Source of the DNA: Gemmatimonadales bacterium
GTDB lineage: Bacteria; Gemmatimonadota; Gemmatimonadetes; Gemmatimonadales; GWC2-71-9
DNA length: 64,000 bases
Direction: 5' to 3'
Assembly (NCBI GenBank): GCA_040877595.1
Contig: JBBDNM010000062.1
Coordinates: 10,911 to 74,910, forward strand
This document shows, in pieces, positions 60,131-64,000 of this stretch (the stretch's first letter is position 1; every line of letters begins with the position of its first letter). The notes under the pieces were generated by a model. The model searched no databases and was not told the origin of the DNA. It was given only the letters and a program-made list of their open reading frames with translations. A program made the position numbers and the translations under genes.

Positions 60131-60222
60131 GGGAGATGGGAGACGGGAGACGGAACACAGCCGCCATCTCCCGTCTCCTATCTCCCGTCTCCCGTCTCTC
60201 GTCTCCCGTCTCCCGTCTCTCG
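60131..60222. repeat. GGGAGAC heptamer element: 3-unit left arm, 10-nt loop, 8-unit right arm (asymmetric hairpin + direct array)
   Basis: gggagatgggagacgggagacgg (60131-60153) pairs with ccatctcccgtctcctatctccc (60164-60186) with 2 mismatches in 23 bp. Five more gtctc(c/t)c units run to 60222 and end exactly at ATG 60223. It uses the same unit as the array at 36897-36962. Confidence 0.88.
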
Positions 60223-61626
60223 ATGCCCCCCCGCGCCACCCTGATCATCCTCGACGGGGCTCGTCCCGACGTGTTCCGTCATGTGGTGGATCGCGGCGAC
60301 CTGCCGCACGTCAGTCGTCACCTGCTGGAACCGGGCGGTATCACGCCCGCCACCACCGTCTTTCCCTCGACCACCGGAGTGGCCTACCTGCCATTCCTGA
60401 CGGGATGCTACCCCGGCACCTGTGACGTGCCGGGGATTCGTTGGCTCGACCGGCGCCACTACGGTGGGCACTGGTGGCGTGATCGGGAGCACGTCCGGAG
60501 CTATTGCGGGTATCAGGGAGGCCGTCTGAACTCCGACCTGCCGGATGGCATGCGGACCGTGTTCGACCTCGAACCCGACAGCGTCGCGCTCTGTACGCCC
60601 TTTAACCGTGGGCTGAAGCCGGGCCGTGAAGGCGCGACCCGCGCACGCGCGTTGTGGGGCGGACTCGCGCACTATACCATGGGGTACGACCTGCTTGAGC
60701 GCGCCGTTGGCGCGGAACTCGTGCGTCGGGCACGTCAGCGGCATCGGTTCACGTTTGCCGTGTTCCCCGGCGTGGACGGTGTCACACACTTCTACGATCC
60801 GTGGCACGAAGACGTGCTCGATACGTACCGCGCCTTCGACGACATCTTTGGCGACTTCGCCAAGGCAGGCGGCACGGACGGCAATCACCTGATCGTTCTC
60901 GCGAGCGATCATGGGCTTTCCCGTGTGGATCGCCATACCGATATCGCCGTGGCGCTGGAGGGCAGGGGCGTGCCGGTTCTCCGCCATCCGCTGCACCTGT
61001 GGCGTCGCACCCCGCAGGCCGCGGTCATGGTCTCCGGCAATGCGTCGGCGCAGGTCTACTTCCATCCTGGCGACCAGCGCGCCGAGCGCTACACGGTGTC
61101 GGCTATGGAATCAGGGCTCCGTGGCATCCCCAACGGCATCGTCACGTGGTTGGCCAACCTGCCTGGGATCGCGTTCGTGGTGGGTACGGAAGGAAACGAC
61201 GTGGTCGCGGTGGGCCCGGGCGGGCGCGCGCGCCTGAGGGATCGGGGGAACGGCCGGATTGCCTACCAGCCGGAGACCGGCGACCCGCTGGCTCTTGGCG
61301 CCGCCGCCGAGCGGCATGAACGGGAATGGCTGGCCCTGAGCCACGACGGGGCATTTCCCGACGCGCCGATGCAGCTGCTCCAGTTGTTTCGCTCAGCGCG
61401 TACCGGCGATCTGGCGGTGATTGCCGCGCCCGGCGCCGACCTGCGCGCCGATTGGGAAATACCGGAGCACCGATCCGGCCACGGCTCGCTGCACGGTGAA
61501 CACATGCGGTGCCTGGTAGCCGCCAATCAGGCGTGGCCCGGCCCGATCCGCACGCCCGATCTGTTCCCCATCCTGCTGCGCCATCTGGGGCTGCCGGTAC
61601 CCGACGGATTGGACGCTGCGGCGTGA
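60223..61626 (+). CDS. Alkaline-phosphatase-superfamily nucleotide pyrophosphatase/phosphodiesterase-like protein
   Basis: MPPRATLIILDGARPDVF.., ..FPSTTGVAYLPFLTG.., ..LASDHG.. and ..HRSGHGSLH.. fit the type I phosphodiesterase/AP superfamily metal-site pattern. The 29 upstream codons of the track ORF are repeat-encoded (SRLLSPVSRLSSPVSRLS) and rejected. Confidence 0.8.
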   Translation: MPPRATLIILDGARPDVFRHVVDRGDLPHVSRHLLEPGGITPATTVFPSTTGVAYLPFLTGCYPGTCDVPGIRWLDRRHYGGHWWRDREHVRSYCGYQGGRLNSDLPDGMRTVFDLEPDSVALCTPFNRGLKPGREGATRARALWGGLAHYTMGYDLLERAVGAELVRRARQRHRFTFAVFPGVDGVTHFYDPWHEDVLDTYRAFDDIFGDFAKAGGTDGNHLIVLASDHGLSRVDRHTDIAVALEGRGVPVLRHPLHLWRRTPQAAVMVSGNASAQVYFHPGDQRAERYTVSAMESGLRGIPNGIVTWLANLPGIAFVVGTEGNDVVAVGPGGRARLRDRGNGRIAYQPETGDPLALGAAAERHEREWLALSHDGAFPDAPMQLLQLFRSARTGDLAVIAAPGADLRADWEIPEHRSGHGSLHGEHMRCLVAANQAWPGPIRTPDLFPILLRHLGLPVPDGLDAAA

Positions 61627-62309
61627 CGTGGTGGCAGCGGCTGACCCGCCGTCGCGGGAGTCTGGCGTGGGATGGCGTCGTGCGGGGCACGCTGGTGCTC
61701 GCCATCATCGGGATCGTCGTGTTGTTGCTGGGATCAGACGACGCGGGTGGACTGGTGGGCTTTACGATTGTGACGGTGTGGGTGAATGGCCCCATCGGGA
61801 TGTTCCTGCCCGCCACGTACGAACCCATCCTGATGCTGTTCGGTACGCTGTACCCAGCGGTGCTGATTGCCTCGTTTGGCATTGCCGGTACGCTGTACAT
61901 CGAAGGCCTCAACTACTACCTCTACCAACGTTTGCTGCACACGCGGGCGATGCGTCCCGCGCGCGACAACGCCCTCGTGCGGCGCCTCACGCGCATGTTT
62001 ACCCGCGCGCCGTTCTTCACGATCTGGATGTGCAGCTGGTCGCCGTTGCCCTACTGGGCGGTGCGCATCATGGCGCCGCTCGCCAACTATTCCGTTCCGC
62101 GCTACCTGTTCGCGACATTCCTGGGGCGTTTTCCGCGACTGTGGTTCTTTGCGTGGCTCGGCCCAGCCCTCAATCTCTCCACGCGGACGCTTGCGATTGT
62201 GACGGGGGCCTCGATACTTCTGTTTACCTCGATATTTCTCCTCAAGGGAAGGAGAGACGTGGAGCAAACACACGTGGAGCAAACACACGTGGAGCGCTCC
62301 AAGCGCTAG
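61623..62309 (+). CDS. VTT-domain (DedA/TVP38-like) membrane protein
   Basis: The GTG at 61623 overlaps the upstream stop (GTGA). Polytopic, with ..SPLPYWAVRIMAPLANYSVPRYLFATFLGRFPRLWFFAWLG... The C-terminal RRDVEQTHVEQTHVERSKR is encoded by the left inverted repeat. Confidence 0.65.
   Translation: MTWWQRLTRRRGSLAWDGVVRGTLVLAIIGIVVLLLGSDDAGGLVGFTIVTVWVNGPIGMFLPATYEPILMLFGTLYPAVLIASFGIAGTLYIEGLNYYLYQRLLHTRAMRPARDNALVRRLTRMFTRAPFFTIWMCSWSPLPYWAVRIMAPLANYSVPRYLFATFLGRFPRLWFFAWLGPALNLSTRTLAIVTGASILLFTSIFLLKGRRDVEQTHVEQTHVERSKR
62244..62297. repeat. Left inverted repeat (15-mer acgtggagcaaacac x2.6) of the element carrying the four-helix-bundle gene
   Basis: 62256-62282 gacgtggagcaaacacacgtggagcaa is the exact reverse complement of 62743-62769. 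Flanking similarity (aaggga..gg..gacg and cgt(g/t)gagcgc) extends the match to ~50 bp. Confidence 0.9.
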
Positions 62310-62371
62310 TTCAGCCCTCAGGTGCGCGATTCTGGTTAACGGCGGGATCGCCGGCCGCGTTATGGTCCGTG

Positions 62372-62728
62372 ATGCACCCCTTCGAGCGACTGGAAGCCTG
62401 GCAACTCAGTCATCGCCAGACCATCCGCGTCTACAAGCTTACGAGATCGTTTCCGGCTGACGAACGCTTTGGCCTGACGAACCAGCTACGACGGTCCGCG
62501 GCTTCGGTGTCGGCGAACATCGCGGAAGGCAGCGTCGCCTCCTCAAAGAAGGAGTTTCTGCGCTACCTCGGGATCGCGAAGAAATCTCTGAATGAGGTGG
62601 CCCACTGGTATATCCTGGCTCGGGATATTGAGTACATCACCTACGAGGTGTGGAGGGACCTGAACAACCTGAACCACCGGGTGGGCAAAGTCATCTGGGC
62701 TCTCCACAACCACTTGGGTGGTTCGTAG
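62372..62728 (+). CDS. Four-helix-bundle protein (23S rRNA intervening-sequence protein / DGR Avd family; TIGR02436/PF05635-like)
   Basis: MHPFERLEAWQLSHRQTIRVYKLTRSFPADERFGLTNQLRRSAASVSANIAEGSVASSKKEFLRYLGIAKKSLNEV..W..LARDIEYI matches the family hallmark (F..L.vWQ.a..l...iY.lt..FP.eE.ygLtsQlrRAa.Si..NIAEG......kef..fl.iA.gSl.E). The upstream 248 codons of track ORF 61628 are rejected. Confidence 0.9.
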   Translation: MHPFERLEAWQLSHRQTIRVYKLTRSFPADERFGLTNQLRRSAASVSANIAEGSVASSKKEFLRYLGIAKKSLNEVAHWYILARDIEYITYEVWRDLNNLNHRVGKVIWALHNHLGGS

Positions 62729-62777
62729 CGCTCAACGTCTTCTTGCTCCACGTGTGTTTGCTCCACGTCCCTCCCTT
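62728..62777. repeat. Right inverted repeat of the four-helix-bundle element
   Basis: gcgctcaacgtcttcttgctccacgtgtgtttgctccacgtccctccctt starts at the last base of the stop codon (62726-62728). Confidence 0.9.
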
Positions 62778-62888
62778 ACTTGCGACGAGGCCAATGAAGA
62801 GACCGATACCTAGTCCCGCAATCGCATCAACAGCATAGTGCATCTGAGACCAACCCAAGCCACCCCGCCAGCAGCTTGTCGGTGGCGG

Positions 62889-63845
62889 TCAGAGCCATCC
62901 GTGCCGCCGGTACCACGACGCCGTGTGCTCCAGCCCGCGCTCCAGATTCATCGCGGCCTTCCAGCCGGCGGCCGTCTCGAAGGGCTTGGGGTCGGCCGTC
63001 CACGCCGGCGCCAGAAACTCCGGTGCCTTGTCAGGCGAGAGCAATGTGGCCTTGCCCGCAAGCCGCGCGGCCGCACCCGTCAGCATCAGCGCGCCCCGGG
63101 CGAGGAAGCCTGGGATGGGCAGGATCCATGGCGCCTTCCCACGCACCTCACGCCCGATGGCGGTGACCAATTCGCGGGAGGTAACCGTTTCGGGGTGCGC
63201 GACGAACCAGGATTTTCGTGTGGGGACCGCCGTCGCGGCGAGCAGCGCGGCCACGAGGTCGTCCACATGAATGAGTGACAGTTCCTGCGCGCCCGTCCCA
63301 AACACCGGAGCGAGGCCCCAGCGGGCCAGCTTGAACACGCGGAGCAGCTCGACATCGCGCGGTCCGTACACGGTGGGTGGCCGGACAATGGTCCATTCGC
63401 CCGCATGACGCTCGACGGCTTCCTCAGCTGCGCGCTTGCTCCGCCCATAGGGCGTCACGGGGCGTGCGGGTTCGGTGCCACGCAACGGCCGGCCGGGCTC
63501 GCTGGGTCCCGCCGCCGCGAAACTGGAGACAAACACGAACCGCCCCGCGGTCGCGGCGAGCAACTTCTCGGTGGCCTGCACGTTGACGCGGTGGAACTCG
63601 GGCCAGCCCAGCGCGGCGGTCAGCGCCGCCAGGTGATACACGACCTCGGCCTCGCCGGCGCCGCGCGCAATGACGTCGGTGTCATGCAGGCTGCCCCGGA
63701 GGTAATGCGGCGCGCGCGCGCCAAACAGGCGGTCGGCCTTGGGCTGCGAGCGCACGAGCGCCGTGACGTCATGCCCCTCGGCCAGCAGGCGTTCCACCAG
63801 GTGGGAGCCGACAAAGCCCGTGCCCCCGGTAACGAATGCTTTCAC
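62889..63845 (-). CDS. NAD-dependent epimerase/dehydratase (extended SDR)
   Basis: MKAFVTGGTGFVGSHLVERLL (GxxGxxG). The GTG start overlaps the upstream stop (GTGA). Confidence 0.88.
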   Translation of the reverse strand: MKAFVTGGTGFVGSHLVERLLAEGHDVTALVRSQPKADRLFGARAPHYLRGSLHDTDVIARGAGEAEVVYHLAALTAALGWPEFHRVNVQATEKLLAATAGRFVFVSSFAAAGPSEPGRPLRGTEPARPVTPYGRSKRAAEEAVERHAGEWTIVRPPTVYGPRDVELLRVFKLARWGLAPVFGTGAQELSLIHVDDLVAALLAATAVPTRKSWFVAHPETVTSRELVTAIGREVRGKAPWILPIPGFLARGALMLTGAAARLAGKATLLSPDKAPEFLAPAWTADPKPFETAAGWKAAMNLERGLEHTASWYRRHGWL

Positions 63846-64000
63846 AGGGTGCGGTCGTACAGGCGGAGGGTCTTGTAGCGGCGGAACCCGATGTGCTCGA
63901 GCGCGTTGCTCATGGCCACGTTGTCATCGAGGATCCAACCGGCCTCGCCCCAGTCGTGCCCGCGCGCGCGAGCCTTCTCCCAGAGCCAGTGATACATCAA
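63842..64000 (-). CDS. 3' fragment of a gene running off the window end (possible N-acetyltransferase-like C-terminus)
   Basis: The complement frame gives ..LMYHWLWEKARARGHDWGEAGWILDDNVAMSNALEHIGFRRYKTLRLYDRTL* with the stop at 63842-63844. It is not in the ORF track because there is no in-window start. The functional guess is from memory of a W.LEDN...YK..R.Y C-terminal motif. Confidence 0.5.
   Translation of the reverse strand: MMYHWLWEKARARGHDWGEAGWILDDNVAMSNALEHIGFRRYKTLRLYDRTL

Noticed and set aside
60136-60222. Track start of ORF 60136..61626 (MGDGRRNTAAISRLLSPVSRLSSPVSRLS..)
   Set aside because: The first 29 codons are entirely repeat-encoded. The enzyme-like sequence starts at ATG 60223 (MPPRATLIILDGARPD).
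16485-62777. Possibility that the short-unit arrays are CRISPR arrays
   Set aside because: The units are 7-15 nt and directly abutting with no spacers. The arrays are under 100 bp and no cas genes are present.
62244-62777. Possibility that the Avd-family gene marks a diversity-generating retroelement
   Set aside because: No reverse transcriptase ORF and no template/variable repeat pair with adenine-specific differences were seen anywhere in the window. The tandem repeats of the giant gene differ at all base types.
62780-62888. Small minus-strand ORF MHYAVDAIAGLGIGLFIGLVASKGG.. (start complement 62840-62842), whose first residues resemble the H-x3-D..AG C-terminal motif and last TM helix of PAP2 phosphatases
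   Set aside because: Only ~23 residues are plausible before it runs into the inverted repeat and the opposite-strand gene. No upstream PAP2 motifs exist because the SDR gene ends 46 nt upstream. It may be a gene remnant next to the insertion but cannot be supported as a feature.
1-64000. Search by eye for tRNA, rRNA, riboswitch, transposase, integrase, phage or toxin-antitoxin genes
   Set aside because: Intergenic regions are short; the largest is 286 bp at 29139-29424. None showed cloverleaf-like or known riboswitch features, and no ORF had recombinase, transposase or phage hallmarks. A covariance-model scan would be needed for certainty.

Overview
Very GC-rich, gene-dense bacterial chromosomal window. 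GC content was not computed. The gene content (alternative complex III, large PIG-L deacetylase, many lipoproteins, Ser/Thr kinases) suggests a soil-type Gemmatimonadota- or Acidobacteriota-like organism, but that is inference only. No rRNA, tRNA, CRISPR array, transposase or integrase was recognised.

Layout:
- 1-11498 (-): one giant lipoprotein/adhesin gene. It is missing from the supplied ORF track because it has no in-window stop.
- 11.6-21.4 kb: acyl-CoA dehydrogenase, PRTase-like protein, PIG-L deacetylase, a translationally coupled Fe(III)-type ABC importer, and an MFS transporter.
- 21.5-29.1 kb: amidohydrolase, PLP decarboxylase, two alpha/beta hydrolases, an ABC-2 exporter and two small unknown genes.
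- 29.4-36.0 kb: TetR, TolC-like, MFP and RND efflux operon.
- 36.1-44.1 kb: divergent Ser/Thr-phosphosignalling cluster. The minus arm is pseudokinase-kinase, truncated hemoglobin, nitrilase-family hydrolase. The plus arm is FHA-FHA-TM-protease, SpoU methyltransferase, Zn-ribbon kinase with HEAT repeats.
- 44.1-52.7 kb: alternative complex III actABCDEF, followed by AhpD-like and XdhC-like genes.
- 52.7-56.8 kb (-): VIT-vWA, ECF sigma, anti-sigma and a lipoprotein.
- 56.9-59.5 kb (-): sulfur operon.
- 59.6-64 kb: cupredoxin, phosphodiesterase, VTT membrane protein, four-helix-bundle (23S-IVS/Avd family) gene, SDR epimerase and a partial gene.

Most unusual signal: at least eight gene-boundary loci are built from short (7-8 nt, once 15 nt) G-rich/C-rich unit arrays, usually arranged as inverted arms. 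One pair of arms, containing a perfect 27-bp inverted repeat, brackets the four-helix-bundle gene. That is the same stem-plus-ORF architecture known from 23S rRNA intervening sequences.

Many long ORFs in the track are antisense shadows typical of high-GC DNA and were rejected.
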